A DNA stretch of 62,145 nucleotides, filler included, from Choristocarpus tenellus KU-1152 (taxonomy: Eukaryota > Protista > Phaeophyceae), in NCBI GenBank assembly GCA_964200185.2. It is 12 parts of 12 records of this genome, joined end to end, with 100 filler letters (N's around TTAATTAATTAA, not from the genome) between each part and the next. Parts side by side here need not be neighbours in the genome. Positions count along the whole stretch, not along the records: positions 25,534 to 31,605 come from CAXNAD020009014.1; positions 31,706 to 38,334 come from CAXNAD020007717.1; positions 38,435 to 42,795 come from CAXNAD020014921.1; 9 more parts are not named here. One strand, written 5' to 3'. Made by a program: the position numbers and the translations under genes. Positions within the stretch are counted from its first letter, which is position 1. Every line of letters starts with the position of its first letter. The notes beneath the pieces are model-generated. The model made no database searches and had not been told where the DNA came from. It saw only the letters and a program-made list of their open reading frames with translations. This document shows, piece after piece, positions 26,013 through 39,465 of this stretch.

Positions 26013-29000
26013 ATGGCCAAAGGTCCTGGAGGCGTTGCAGAAGGAGAACAGGCACTCACATCCTGGACTTCTCACAAGATCACCGGGGGGGGAGGGCTCC
26101 ACCATGGTTGAACAACCTTGTGAGAGGATTGAGGCCAATGGCAAAGTGGTTGAAGCATATAAAATGCAAATGCCAACTAGATTTCGAAAGGAGAACATGC
26201 CTGAGGAATTTCGAGATGCAAGTTTCCTTGAGGGAACTTTGCCCAACACAACAAGCCAAACACCTTCAATCACCTGGCAAGGAGGCTTCCATTCCTCGAA
26301 CATCACTCTGATAGGAGATAACAACGTTGAGACTTGCCTTGTTCTCAAAATACATAATTCTTGGGACAGGTGAGCAAATCTGTTTCTTTTATGTTCGATA
26401 GTACTGTCCGACTCTTGGAGTATCCACACCACTCTAATCTTAACATAACCCTTCATTTCATGCTCTGTACTTCCTAACGTGCGTGTGTCCTAATTCTTGT
26501 AGTCTTGGCAGGGCTCTTGTGGGGCTTTCAAATCTTTCAATCGTTCAAACCGGGGAGAACAAGATTGTGTTAGATGAAACCTGCCTGACCCTTCGTGCAG
26601 GGGTTCAGGCAAGTTGTTCAACTTGAAGTTCGGTTGTGCTGTCTGGTCCTAAACATCCTTTTTTCCTTGATGGTCCAAAGTATCTGGGGGTGGGGGGAGG
26701 TCTACGCCAGGGTGTCCATTTGGGCCAAAACCAGGAAAAGTGCACTTACATTATTCATCTGACATACGCAACCAAATCACCCAAAAATCATGACATGAAA
26801 ATATTGACCCCGAATGGACAGTTGCCACCCCCCTCAGATACTTTGAGCCTGATACAGGTTGCCGCCACATCTACCTTGAAGTACAAAACTAGACAAACAG
26901 ACACATTATCAATCTGGTTATGTTTGTAATTAGAAACCCATGTCTTTCTAGTGAGCCTAAGATTCTGGTGTGAGTAATGATTGGAGCTGTCATTTTGAAC
27001 ATTTACCAGGTAGTCAGTCACCTTATTGGACGCCACATACTGCTTCCTAAACCACAGGTCATACCAAGGGGATCTCGAATGTATATGGGCCTGGCGAAAC
27101 TAGTTGGAAATGTCTGCAGTGGGTGTGGGGATGCTGCATGGTCAGGTCAGGAATTGTGAGAACCAAATTTCGTACTTGTATTCGCGGCACAAGACATTGT
27201 TTAACAGTATGTAAGTCAAAACCTTCCTTGCACACTGGCTCAAGAACAGGACTGCAACTAAAGCCGTGGTCAACAAATGTTCTTCAGGTCGTATTCCTGA
27301 CAACACTTCCCTGGACCTCATCATTAACCACCATACCTTGACACCAGGGGGCGCTCAGTCACCCTGCATTCTCCAGGTGGGGGAGGAACCAATGCAATGC
27401 TCAGCATGCCCTTGCTACCTTGTGCAATGGCATATTGCATTTCAGTGAAACTTCTCCCGCCTCAGCACAGTGTTGATGGTGTGTGACTGAATCTTTGGGT
27501 GGCAAACAGATTCTGAAATATGTTGGTTGGTTCCTTGACCTCTCTCTGTGTTACCCTTGAAGGTAACAAACTATGGCAATGCCAAGGCAGCTCAGAATGG
27601 GGATGGGATTCAACAAAAGAATCAAACCAATGTAGCTGGTGTGAAAGACATGGATGTTTACTTTGGGCAGCACTGTGTTTGGAGTGGGGTTGTTGGTAAC
27701 GGAGCCCGACTGGAAATCAACATTGATGGTGCTGCTGACGTCTCAACTGGTGGTAGCAACTGGAAGAAGAGTAAAGGCAAGAGTCTGCCTTCATGTGCTT
27801 AAGGCAACCAGAACCATTTGGGGATGCCCGTTGAGCCAAAGTAAACGAGAGGTACCCAGGTTTTGGTAGTTTTGCGTTATTAGCCATTTTTTTTAAATTC
27901 TTTTGCAATTCAACTATATTTCTGTCGATGAAGGGCTAATTTTGAGTTGAGAACGTTTATTTCTCTATTGTTTGAAATTTTTTGACACAGTGAAGAAAAT
28001 TCTTTAACGTATTTTAAAAAATGTTTAATTTTACACATATTTGTCAGCATTCTTAAAATGCAACAGAGAGGGTAGCTCTTGTTTACTTTGACTAATTTAT
28101 TTCAAGAGAATTACGTCCTCCATAACTAATCATCTAGCAGTGTTGTTGCTACGGAGAATTCCTTTTCATTGCTATTGTGCAGTTCATATTGCTCCTCCAA
28201 GAGTGTCCTTCATCACCTGAGGTATGCAATGCAGGAAGCAAATCCGAGCAGAGCCCCACTTCTCAGTCTCAACCTTCCTCATGATCCTTAACATGGTACA
28301 CAGGTGCACCTGAAGCACCTGTGGTCCCACCCGCAAGTAACACATCCCGATTGCTGCCCGTGGTTCAAGCAAAGCAATTGCATCAACATGGTTTGCCGTG
28401 CAAGGGCAGTGTTAAGACTGAAGAGGTATCCCTCGGGAATGGCCCAGTTTGGCTGAAGAGCGCACATCTACCTATACACAAGAGGGAAAGTGGTACGAAG
28501 CCGCAGCCTGTCAATGCCTCACCACCCCCTTCACAAAGAAGGCCCGAGTCAGGTATTTATATTTTCTTGAATTCTTCAAGGACAGCGTAAACACTTGGTG
28601 TACCAGGTGTCAGATGCAGCAGGCACAGGCCCTTGTTCTGTTTAGAAAATATTTTGCTGTCTATAGGTCAATTTGTTGATCACTATCATAGGTCTTATTC
28701 AGCAGTTCTAGATGGTCATAATTGTGGGCTATATGTGGGTCTTGGAACAAGCACAAGGGGTAGGAAATTGGAGAGTATTTGGGCGGCAAGAATAATTGCT
28801 TGTGTTCCAATATGTATCTCAGTCGGAAAGGCACAAATATTCACTTTGCTCATCCAGACCGCGTCCATGCCATAATTTCAAACAGTTCTATCAGGATCAG
28901 GTGCATCAGCAGCGTGCACGGGACAGGAGACAAGGTGCACTGGAGTTAGCAGACGTCCATCTCGTCGCTTGTGGGAATCAGTATTAGTTAAAGAGAAGAA

Positions 29001-31495
29001 CCAGCTGGACAGAAATACTGAAGAACATGAAGTTGAAGAAGGGGTGCGTGGGGACACCACCACACTGGGGATGCCTCAAGAATCACTCGTCAAGGCAGGA
29101 GCAGATATCGAACTCTTGGAGGACTCTCTCACACCCTTGCAGGCACAAGTTGAAGTATCTAAGAAGTGTGGGAGGTGAGTAGCAAACGCCTCTAACTACC
29201 TGCAGCAAAGGTGACAAATGTGCTTGGTGTAGTAATGTGTATCCCAACAAAGAAGTTCTTTGCACGTACCACCAGCTCCAATGTGGAATACACCAACACC
29301 TGTTGTTGTGTTTCTCCCCTCTTCTTGATCGTTTATAAAATGTGTAAGGGATGCCTTGCGCCAAACCAAATCAACTCGTTGGGATACAAAGGGCCATGAG
29401 GAGCATAACTCGGAGATCCTTTCGTCGTGGGAAAGTTTGGCAGTTTTTTCTCGAACAAACCGCAGCCGTCTAGGAGCAGCAGGCAATCGTGCTATGGAGT
29501 TGGAAAGGGCGATGGCAAAGGTGCATGGAAAAGAGATTTTTCGAAAGTCTGTTCGGTTTGACTTGTTGCCATATTGATGTTGGGAGGCGAAGTATCTTAG
29601 AGGGTAGAGCCGCGTCCATTTGGCGGCCAAAATATAATTTTGCGATTTTGATATAATTTTGGCTATCATGTTTGTTAGGAAATGTTAATATCCTACTTCC
29701 GGACACAGCTTTTGATAACATACACATTTTACAAACTCTGAAACATTTTGGAGTAGGTAAAATGTCATTAAAAACCTGTGGGAAGCCAAACCCCAAATGG
29801 ACAAACAGAGAAAAGCTCGTACCCTCTAAGATACTTTCACTCTTGGGTGCACTCTGTTTCCAGCCGACCACAGTATGCCACATATTATGCGACACTCTCC
29901 TTTTTGTGCACCTCAACATGGCAGGTGCAAGCGGTTAAGCAACTGGTAGAAGCCATGCCTGCTACTTGTAGCACAGGGCTTTCCGACCAGTCAATTGCTG
30001 CCTGTGGGCCTCAAATTTCATCTTCCAATTTCTGGGGCGATGAGGCAAGCCAGGGTGGTAGCATTGCATTATCATTGGAAAAGGCACAGTCCACTGTACC
30101 CGATTTTCCACATGATCCTCAGGATACAAATGAGAAGCCCTTCATCCACCCTACATGCCCTTGGGGGAAGAAACTGGTGCTCGTGATTGAATCTACGTGG
30201 GGTGATCCCCATTATGTTGGTATGGCAGGACTAGAAATCTTCAATGAAAGGGGTGAAGCAGTACGGGTCAAGAACCCCAAGATTCAGGTGGGAAAGATTT
30301 TGACCAGCTTTGTTACGGTTGATGATAAATCACGAGGGCTGCGTATTTGGTGAGGCAGTCAGGAATGCCTACACTTTGAAACTATTGCAGGAAGACTTTG
30401 TGGGTGGGGGGGTCCATCAGCAGCAAGGCTACCAATGATTACAAATGCTGAGATGAACATTTAATTCTTTCATATCTAATCTTGGGATATATATATATAT
30501 TTACGAGGTCTCTATGGTGTGCCAGTAAACACCCTGCCTTTCCCTGAGTTTCGAAGCTACCATCCTTTGCTGAAAGTTTTCTGACGCTCTCCACTGAGAA
30601 AATTCTGTGTAATTTTCTTGCAGTCTGTACTTCAAGATGCCCTCACCGCACCAGTTCACCCTACGACAGGTGACTGCTGATCCACCTGACATCAACATTC
30701 TGCCCGATTTCAACAGTGATCCACGGACTGTGGATAAGTTGATGGATGGAGTGAACCACACCTGTGATGATCTCCACTCCTGGCTGGCCCCATTTGAGTA
30801 CGGCAAGGAGAATGTGATTTCTGTTGTATTGGACAAGGAGATTTTCCTGGGGGCACTACACCTCTGGAATTACAATAAGTCAAGGACCCACTCCTTCCGT
30901 GGTGTTAGGTGTGTTGTGAGTAGAGTAGTACTTGATTCTCGGCTCCTACAAGTGCTCATAATCGCTACGAAATACGAAGAGGTAGAAGTGAAGCACCCGC
31001 CGCTCTGGACTGGACAGCAGACCGAACTAGTACCTTGTCTATCCCTAACCCTAACTCCAAAACATGGTACACAATCGGAGCAACATTCTAACTTTTTAGT
31101 GTTGGAAATAACCTGGAGGACTTACGGATACAGAATTTAAATTGCAGTAAAATCCCGTTTTTGTCAGCTCTTGGAATGAAGTGCTCTTTTTTCGTGGCGT
31201 CGATTTTGGGGTCTGTTTCAGGCAGATTCACATAAAGTTCGACGACATTCTGATTTACAAGGGTCAAATCAGGAAGGCGACTGGAACGCTGGGAAGTAGG
31301 GATTGTTGCTGTGAGGTTGTATCGTTTGTATCACCCAAGGAGGAAAGTACCAATGTGTTTGAGAGAGAGAGCCCTGGTCAAGAGGATGACACAGCCGATG
31401 ATAGCTCCAGTGACACCCTCACACAGAGTATAGTGGAGGAGGTGCGCTCATGTAAGGAGCAGGTTCGCCCAAGGACTACTGAGCGACGGCAGCAG
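26013..31495 (+). CDS. KATNIP: Katanin-interacting protein KATNIP/KIAA0556 (DUF4457 repeats), internal part
   Basis: Phase-consistent exons about 26013-26369, 26503-26608, 27058-27145, 27288-27376, 27563-27770, 28304-28552, 28895-29174, 29349-29520, 29925-30287, 30670-30908 and 31222-31495. Motifs LVIESTWGDPHYVGMAGLEIF, ADPPDINILP...DPRTVDKLMDGVNHTCDDLHSWLAPF, LWNYNKSRTHSFRGVR, IYKGQIRKATG and SWESLAVFSRTNRSRL. An earlier divergent repeat reads LKIHNSWD..VGLSNL..GVKDMDVY. Confidence 0.9.
26672..26849. mobile_element. MITE family B, in a KATNIP intron
   Basis: GGTCCAAAGTATCTG...CAGATACTTTGAGCC with a perfect TSD, TGAT. Confidence 0.9.
29584..29842. mobile_element. MITE family A, in a KATNIP intron
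   Basis: GAGGCGAAGTATCTTAGAGGGT...GATACTTTCACTC with a perfect TSD, TTGG. Confidence 0.92.
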
Positions 31496-32914
31496 GTGAG
31501 GAAAATCTATCGCTTTTGGTTGATGCCAAATTAATGTGATGATGATGTTGCAGGGATTGTAGGGTGAATGTACCATGGTATTGACCCAAAGTATCTGGGA
31601 AGGGGNNNNNNNNNNNNNNNNNNNNNNNNNNNNNNNNNNNNNNNNNNNNTTAATTAATTAANNNNNNNNNNNNNNNNNNNNNNNNNNNNNNNNNNNNNNN
31701 NNNNNCCCCCTCCCAAACAAAAAACCACCACAAAAAAAAAAATAAACCCAAAAGACCCGCCGCCCCCCCCCCCCCCCCCCCAGATACTTTTAGACCCTGA
31801 AGGAAGAGGTGACGGGGACAACATCATCTCCTTCAACGGATTTGGTTGTGTCAGGGAGAGAGCGAATTACAGGGACCGAGATTAGCAACAGTTTATGTTT
31901 GATGAGGTAGAGGTCATACCAGAAACAAAGCTAGGAAGGGTTAAGCCAAAAGTGGTCGACAGGGTTCACCTGGGCACCTGGATGGACATAATTCCTGGCA
32001 TGAATGGAGCAACGCCAGACATACATTCGGGTAACAACAATTTCCTATGAAGGTTAATTTGTGTCTGTTTGGTGCATGATCCGACAAGCATGCGAACAAT
32101 TTGCATGGACAACTGTTCATCATTACCTTGAGTGCAAGACCTTTGTTCTTCACACCAACACTGGAATGGGATATATTTGTGTTACTCCTCAGTACTTCCT
32201 CTTGCTAGCACAAGACACCAACTCAACCCCAGCCCTAGACCTCCAAAACCGTCCAGCACGAGAAAAACCCTCCACATAACTTTCGAGCATTGCAACTTCC
32301 CTGCCAAACAACCATACCCACTTACCGCCTCCCAGAGAGTGATCAGACTGCCTGAGAAGACAATATAAGGAAGGTTGAATTGGCACAGGGTGAGGGAAGC
32401 ACATCAACCACATCCAACAACTGTATATTCACTGGATGCGACTCACCAGACAGAGAGCTTGCAAACCTCAAAGGAAGAAAACACGTCACTCAGATGGTGG
32501 GTGTACACTATTTGTTAGTTTACTGCAACTACTACTACGAGGTTTTGCAACTTTGAGTTTTACAGCAGTTACCGCCAAAATCAATTCTTTCCTGCAAGTA
32601 TCCAATCGTTGTTTGTGTGTTTACTATCCTGGCCATTGCCAAAGTGCAAGCCTACAGATGTGCCACCACTACTGGAGGCGCTACCTTTCATGTCTTGTAT
32701 TGTCTGAAAGACTGGTGGGACATCACCTCCCTCCTACCCAGGAAACTGGACAAGGATGGACACATAAGGACAGTGACAACAAGCCATGAACAGTAGAGAT
32801 GGTAAAGACTGACTTAGCAAAAACCTACACACATTGAGCCGGTGGATAAACCAGTACCAGATGAGGTGCAAGTTAACACAATCACGCTAAACTGTGCTGA
32901 GAAATTTCTGCTGG

Positions 32915-35900
32915 TCATCCAACAGGCTCGTAGTCCATCTGAGATCACAAAGAAGAAAATCCCACAAAGCCAATCAGCACACACAGCACAGCACAGCACA
33001 GCACAGCAAGGAGGGGTGGGGCAGCGATGAGAGGAGGATGGACAACGGCGGGCTGCGGCAATAGATATTTCTGTTGCAGTGCAGAGCACAATGCAAAAAC
33101 AGATTCAAAGGAATTCCAACAGATAAAAAGCACTCTCTGTATGCAATTCCAGAGTTCATCACTAGCTAAGACAGCCGACTTTATCAACACAATACTGTAA
33201 GTACGAACTGCCAATGACACATGTGACCCCCTCCCCCCTCCCCCCTCCCCCTGTCTCTTCCCACATCAAATATAATATAAACAGTCCGGAGTATTCCCCA
33301 GCTCAGTACATCCCTTGGAAAAACACATAGGTAGGATGTTTACCTCATCTTGCGGTTGCTTTGGCTCTAGATCTTCCCCATATTGAACGATGTAGTCTGC
33401 ATGTTGCAAAACCAGTCCAATGTCCTCCTCATCGGTTATGTCTAGTGGAAGGAAGTTTACCTGGAAAAAAAAGTACACAATTTGTTGATTTGGAGCCCCC
33501 CCCCCCCCCCAACCCCCATAACAGAAAGCACAGATTGGTTATTTTATGGAAAGAGCGACAGGGTGTACGCACTGATATCATACCTAGGCATAGAGGTAAA
33601 CCATTGTAGTGCCATACACACGGTGGTCTTTCTTTGGAGGAAAAATTCTTGACAAACAACAACATCATGTTACCTGGGCCATAGAATCCTAGAGAGTTGG
33701 GGGGGGGAGGGGGGGGGATCTAAAAGGAACTTGCGTCCAGATGAAGGAAACTGCTCTAACATCTGACACATTCACTCTAATAAAATCAATCTAGTAACAT
33801 GGAAAATCACTACAGAGCTACAAAGGTCTCGAATGGATGCCTTACTTACCCCCCTCTATGATTCTACAGGCCACCTTCTTTGGATATTGCTGCAACGCAC
33901 CCACTGATACCTGCAAGAGGGTAAGTGACCTTGGTTTCATTAAGCACACCTCCTAACTCTGAACTATAATGTCCCTCTGGTCTGAATCTCCAGACTCTCT
34001 TTGCGTGCCTTCTTTTTGATTTTCCTTTCCCCCACCTTGCGAGGGATCGGGTATACAAAGCCACAATAGAGTGTACCAGTAGTGATAATAGTACTGCAGG
34101 GATGACCAAACATAACCAACAAACTTCAACAACAAAAGCACCTCATCCTCAACTTTCAAGATCACTAACCCTAACCCTAACCCTAACCCTAACGGTAGAG
34201 TGCATGGACAAAGCGAAAAACAACCATCAGTGTGCAGAGCTCATCCACGCCACCTTCATCATATCAATATATTGTTTTCACTCCCTCCCTCCCCTTCAAG
34301 AGCTCTACCCTCCTGCCCATTAATACTACAGGTAAGTGCGGTTTGACAATCTTATATTACACAAACCACTGCAGCAAAATATCACTTTCCTAAGTACACT
34401 CGAGGCCGTAACAGAAATATCCGTTTCACACCTGATTTACACTGGAAGCTCTTGCAAAGGCACTCACAATACACCTTATATACCAACAAGGAGAATATTT
34501 GTCACTGTGGATCCACGATTCAATAAAAAAACAAAAGTGTCAGCATCGGAACCAAAGCAATCCAGGGATTCTTTTTTCAAATGAACCAATCAAATTTGTG
34601 CATACCAAGCCAATCAAATTCGAATTTACGGTACTGAAGAGCAAGGCTATGGCTAAATCAGCATCACTAGTCCACACTGCAGATTTCAATCGGTTCACAA
34701 GCCTTCACAACTCTAAAACAACTCCAAAACAGTTGTCAAATTGTACCAGCTGCTCACCCACATGAACCCCTCCCCCCCCCCCCCCCCCCCCAACCCAGCC
34801 CCTCCCCCGCCCCCAACCACAACCCCCCCCCCCGCCACCCCCCCAAACAACCCCTCCCCCNNNNNNNNNNCCCCCCGCGCCCCCAGACACTAGCACCTTC
34901 TCTGACTTCAACTACAACCCCTCAAGCAGGTTACACCCAATGAAACCATCTTCCTCTTGATTCGCCTTGTCCCATTCACCCTCTCCCACTCTATCCTTAC
35001 CCTCAATATCTCACCATGGTGTAATCATCCAGGACCCCTGAGATGGCCTGTGTCAGTCGAATCAGTTGAGGTAATCTTCCTCCCTTTCCCCGATACCTCT
35101 CTGCGCCCCCCTCGTCAGTCCCAGCCCCAGTCCATGTACCCTTGCCATCCCCTTCCCCCACCTGTTCCCCTTCCTCCCCTTCCTCCTCTTCCTCTATAAA
35201 TTCATTTTCTCTGGTCCCCCCTATCAGTGACTGTTGATCCGTGGCTGTATGGCAGGCATTCAATGGGTGGGTGGGTGGGTGGGTAGGGAGGGGCACACTG
35301 AGAAACAATAATTAGAAAGGTTCGAGTTTGTTGCCAAAATACTAAGGACTAGCAATTCGACTATGCTGCTATTATCTTGGATCAGTGATCAGTACTCACA
35401 CATAAAGGGAAAACAAAAAGAAAACACCCAACCTCGAACAAATCCCCCCCCCCCCAAAAAAAAGAAAAAGAAAAAAGGAAAAGGGTGTCTAAAGGCTCTT
35501 CTCGCCATAGGCACCAGCTGACTTAAGCCCCTCCTCATCTCTTGCTAGGGCAATGCTCGGCACACAACAACAAGGCCTCAAGAACTTCACCCCCTCCTCC
35601 CCACACTTTCCCCTCCCCACATACTTCTTGCCTTGACCTGCCCCCCCCTTCGCTGCAAAGATGCTCTGGGATGCGGGCGGCAAACCTCGGTCTTCGTCTC
35701 GACCATGCATGGATATCATGGCTGCATTTTCTGTGTCCAAAAATCTCTCCACCTTTAAAAAAATAAAAAAAATAAAAAATCATAAGGCAGGTAGTTTAAA
35801 GGTTAGGACAGGGGTTGAGGTCAAATGCACATGCGCAGTTGGACGAGGTAAAGGAGAGATAGCAAGGAATGAGCAGTGATTTGGGGGTGGGAGGGCGGGG

Positions 35901-37349
35901 GACGGGGGACGGGTCTCACATGTTCAAGCATCCGTCACGAGGAAAAAGATCAGATAAAATACACTTATCGCCACAAAGATCTATGGGAAAAATGACACGC
36001 GTGCTTAAAAGCATGTACGGCGGTCGTGTCGACTATCTCACAATGTTCGGGGCAGGGAGACTATATTCATCACAGTAGTATAATACTGTGCTACGCAGTC
36101 CAATGCATACAGTCATTGGACTCATGCCGGGGAGGCATTTCTACGCCGGCTACCAACAGTCTTGATAATAGTACTAGTTGGATGAGAATTGGTCTCGATC
36201 ACAGATCGGACCTGAGGAAAATGGTGTACTATTAATACTATTTGTGGCAGGACTACATGGAGCAAATGAGGAAGTAGCAACATTTGGAAGTGCCTTCCAT
36301 GTTGCAGAAGAGAAGTAAAGGAGTACACCTACACCTGTCAGCTGTCGCCCAGTGCCGGTCGTACTATTCATCACTAGAGATTCACTGCTTCTGTGTGTTT
36401 TCACATCCCATGCCCTGCTCTTCTTTTCTTTTTTTCTTATTCAAATCGCAATACCGTTGGTTTTTTTACCCCCTTGGGAGTGAAAGGGACACTGGCAACG
36501 AATACATACCTTGCACCCGACCACTATGTTCACACACTTACCTGACTGCAACAAAAACCTTTCCCTTTCCCTTCCCCTTCCTCTTTCCCTTCCCCTTCCC
36601 CTTCTACAAGCGAAACAGAATATAGGGTGTGCCGTCCAGTCCGAGAACTCTCACAACGCAGACACTACTGGTACCCCTATCATAAACATATTCACCAGCA
36701 TTTAACATATAGAGGGGTATTCAGGACACACTCTTCTCACACAAGCAAAAATACTCAAGGATGATCTATTCCCTCACACAGGTGTGTCAGTAACACTACG
36801 GGAGGGCCCTCCACGAAGCCCACACTTTGATTCATGCCAAGAAAGAAAGAAAAAATTAAATATAATCAGATGAGTGTTTACTTTACTACTCAAAGAACAG
36901 AATATAAAACCGTCCCACCTCTCTTCCCACCACGCTGTGGACTGCGTAGAACACAGTTGAGCGTGCAAGCAAGGCCGGTGTTTTATGAAGATACACATGG
37001 GTGCTGGTGTGCATTACTATCCTGAGGCTGTACTTCTCCCCCAGTAAGTAACAAAGATAGGTGCCACAGGGTCTAATGGGGGAGGATCGGCGGACAGGCT
37101 CGGAAAGATGAAATAGGTACACCACGCAACCAACACATGAGCAAAACACGTGGGGGGTGGGGGGGGAGTAGGCACTTCACTGACCTCTGCACGATCAGCC
37201 AAGTCACACTTGGTAAGTACATTTAAGTGTGGAAGCTCCAGTTGGACCATGGCACTGAGGCTCAGGAGTGCACCACTTATGAACTTGGAGGGATCAGTGA
37301 TGAAGGTTGCATCTAGGAGGAATACTGCACACACGTTGTAGCCCCAGCA
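32915..37349 (-). CDS. GPN3: GPN-loop GTPase 3, 3' half
   Basis: Exons 37185-37349 (VCAVFLLDATFITDPSKFISGALLSLSAMVQLELPHLNVLTKCDL), about 35638-35752 (VERFLD), about 35015-35220 (RLTQAISGVLDDYTM), 33344-33460 (VNFLPLDITDEEDIGLVLQHADYIVQYGEDLEPK) and a probable last exon 32915-32938. The 5' exons are not on this contig. Confidence 0.88.
33676..33872. mobile_element. MITE family D, in a GPN3 intron
   Basis: GGGCCATAGAATCCTAGAG...CTCTATGATTCTACAGGCC with a perfect 4-bp TSD, ACCT. Confidence 0.8.
34165..34193 (+). repeat. Short interstitial (CCCTAA)n tract; similar tracts at about 6293, 9105, 31043, 60508 and 61211
   Basis: CTAACCCTAACCCTAACCCTAACCCTAAC. Confidence 0.85.
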
Positions 37350-38964
37350 CTTTGAGACAAATAACACAGAGGTTTCAGAGGGGGAAATTGTTGCAGTACC
37401 ACCCGAGCATAGTAGGTGGAGGCATCACAGGAGGACCGGGGGAATAGGGGGGGGACAAGTTAGGGGTAGAGCATGAATAGCTTCATGTCATGGGTAGCAA
37501 GAGGTAAGCGAAGTGATAGACTGCTCCCAAACTGGGAGGCGATTTATGTAACCAACAGGTATCTCAACAAAGGGTACGCAAACCTCAGATGGTGGAGAGA
37601 AAATGCACACCCTCCCAACAGTATTGCTGCAAGCTGGTAATACCCCTCATATAGTCACAGCATTGGAGAGTGAGCAAAACCCAAGGATTGTGTCGTGATT
37701 GAGGGGATTAGGAATTGTGTGAGGCATATCATGTTGGTTCTAGGTGGGATAGAGGTATGAAGCGAATCATTGCCATCTGGTACTGCCTTGCCTTTAGCTG
37801 GTCTAGTACATGCCGCATCACTGGAACATGACTGTAGAGCTCCACCTGGCCAGTGATGGGACAGCAAGGGGCAAGCGATTTAGCTCAAGATGACATCGGG
37901 TAGGGGTTGAAGAGCACTAGGGTCAGGTAGGGGAGCACGAGGAAGATTGGGGATGGTCATGTTGATAACCTTGATAGGTTCTGCTGTTGGTTCTTTACAC
38001 GAAGATCGTCATCAACATAGTACTAGTGAATGGTAACAAGTGCTAGAGGAATCTAGGGAGACTTACAAGGTGCTTCTTAACGTAATAATAGGATTTGTCA
38101 CCAATGAAATTCTCTAAATGGATCTCGGTGCATCTCACAATATGATGACCAAACTCGGACAGAAGATACTTGTTTTGCATGGTTAAGCATTGGATCATTG
38201 AATGACTCGATCATGGAAAAGTCAGACCCAAAGAAGTGCAGCGCTGCAATATGCCAGGTTCTACAAACTGTCAACTTTAGGACATGTATAAAGAGGTAGT
38301 TCAGTACATGGGTCAAAGTATCTGGGGGGGGGGTNNNNNNNNNNNNNNNNNNNNNNNNNNNNNNNNNNNNNNNNNNNNTTAATTAATTAANNNNNNNNNN
38401 NNNNNNNNNNNNNNNNNNNNNNNNNNNNNNNNNNGGGGGGGGCAACACTACAACACCAGTCCTTCAAGTTGAATGTTCACCCTGTCAACCCTCCTTTATT
38501 GGTTGTATGGTTTTTTGTTGGTATCTATCTGATTTTGTAGCCCCTTGGAGATGAAGTGCCCAATTTTGATGTGGACTCACTGTTCTCCACCTTTGTTTTT
38601 CATATATTTTTTTTTTGGGGGGGGAAGGGCGGGGGCAACAGGTAACAGGCAATATTTTCAATAGTTGGATTTTTGCTACTTAATGGACAGGAAAGATTAT
38701 TAATATGCAGCTATCAATTATATGATTTATTCAGAGTGATGATAATAGTTAAAACAGTGTGATCAGGTGGTGTATTACTAAGAAGTGATGCTCTGTGTAC
38801 TCTTCTACTTCCCTGTGGCCGGGCCTCAATCCCACCTTGACCCTTTGTACATGTAGTGGATGTTACTCCGTGTTTCATCTATGTATGTAGAGCTTGATTT
38901 TGGAAGACTTTCCTAAACCTGGGAGGATTAAAAGAATAGACTGACTAATGAAAAGAAATTGTCA

Positions 38965-39160
38965 GGCTCAAAGTATCTGGGGGGGGTTGGCAGCTCTCCA
39001 TTTGGGGTCTATTTTTCCATGTCGCATTTTTTGGGTGATTTGATTTGGTTACATGTGTTGGATGGATAATGTAAGTGCACTTTTCCTGGTCAGGGCCCAA
39101 ATGGAAACTTACATTACACCCTGCTGTAGATTCCCCCCGCCCCCTCCAGATACTTTGATT
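38965..39160. mobile_element. MITE family B
   Basis: GGCTCAAAGTATCTGG...CCAGATACTTTG with the family B body. Confidence 0.85.
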
Positions 39161-39465
39161 GTACTACTGATTGTAGAATACTTTGAACCTCATGCATTGA
39201 TTGATTGTACTACTGTGAGCTCAAACATAACACTACTTTAAATGACCCATTTCACCTGTATCTAAATTCTTCCAATTGAAACAAACTACCATAGGGTTTG
39301 TCATAGAAGATACCATTTGCACCACCATCTCTCACATAAAAAACAAACTTCGGCTAACCCCCCCCCCCCCCACACACACACACACCCTTGCCTCTAGCAC
39401 TCTCCCGTGAACCCAGCCCCCAACCTCCTGATTCATCCCCACCCTTACCCCCATATAACACACAG

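Noticed and set aside
34165-34193. Chromosome telomere
   Set aside because: It has only about 4-5 units and lies inside a GPN3 intron.
37570-37680. LRWWRENAHLP as a hAT dimerisation motif
   Set aside because: The downstream SS...ER.FS motif is absent; too short to support.
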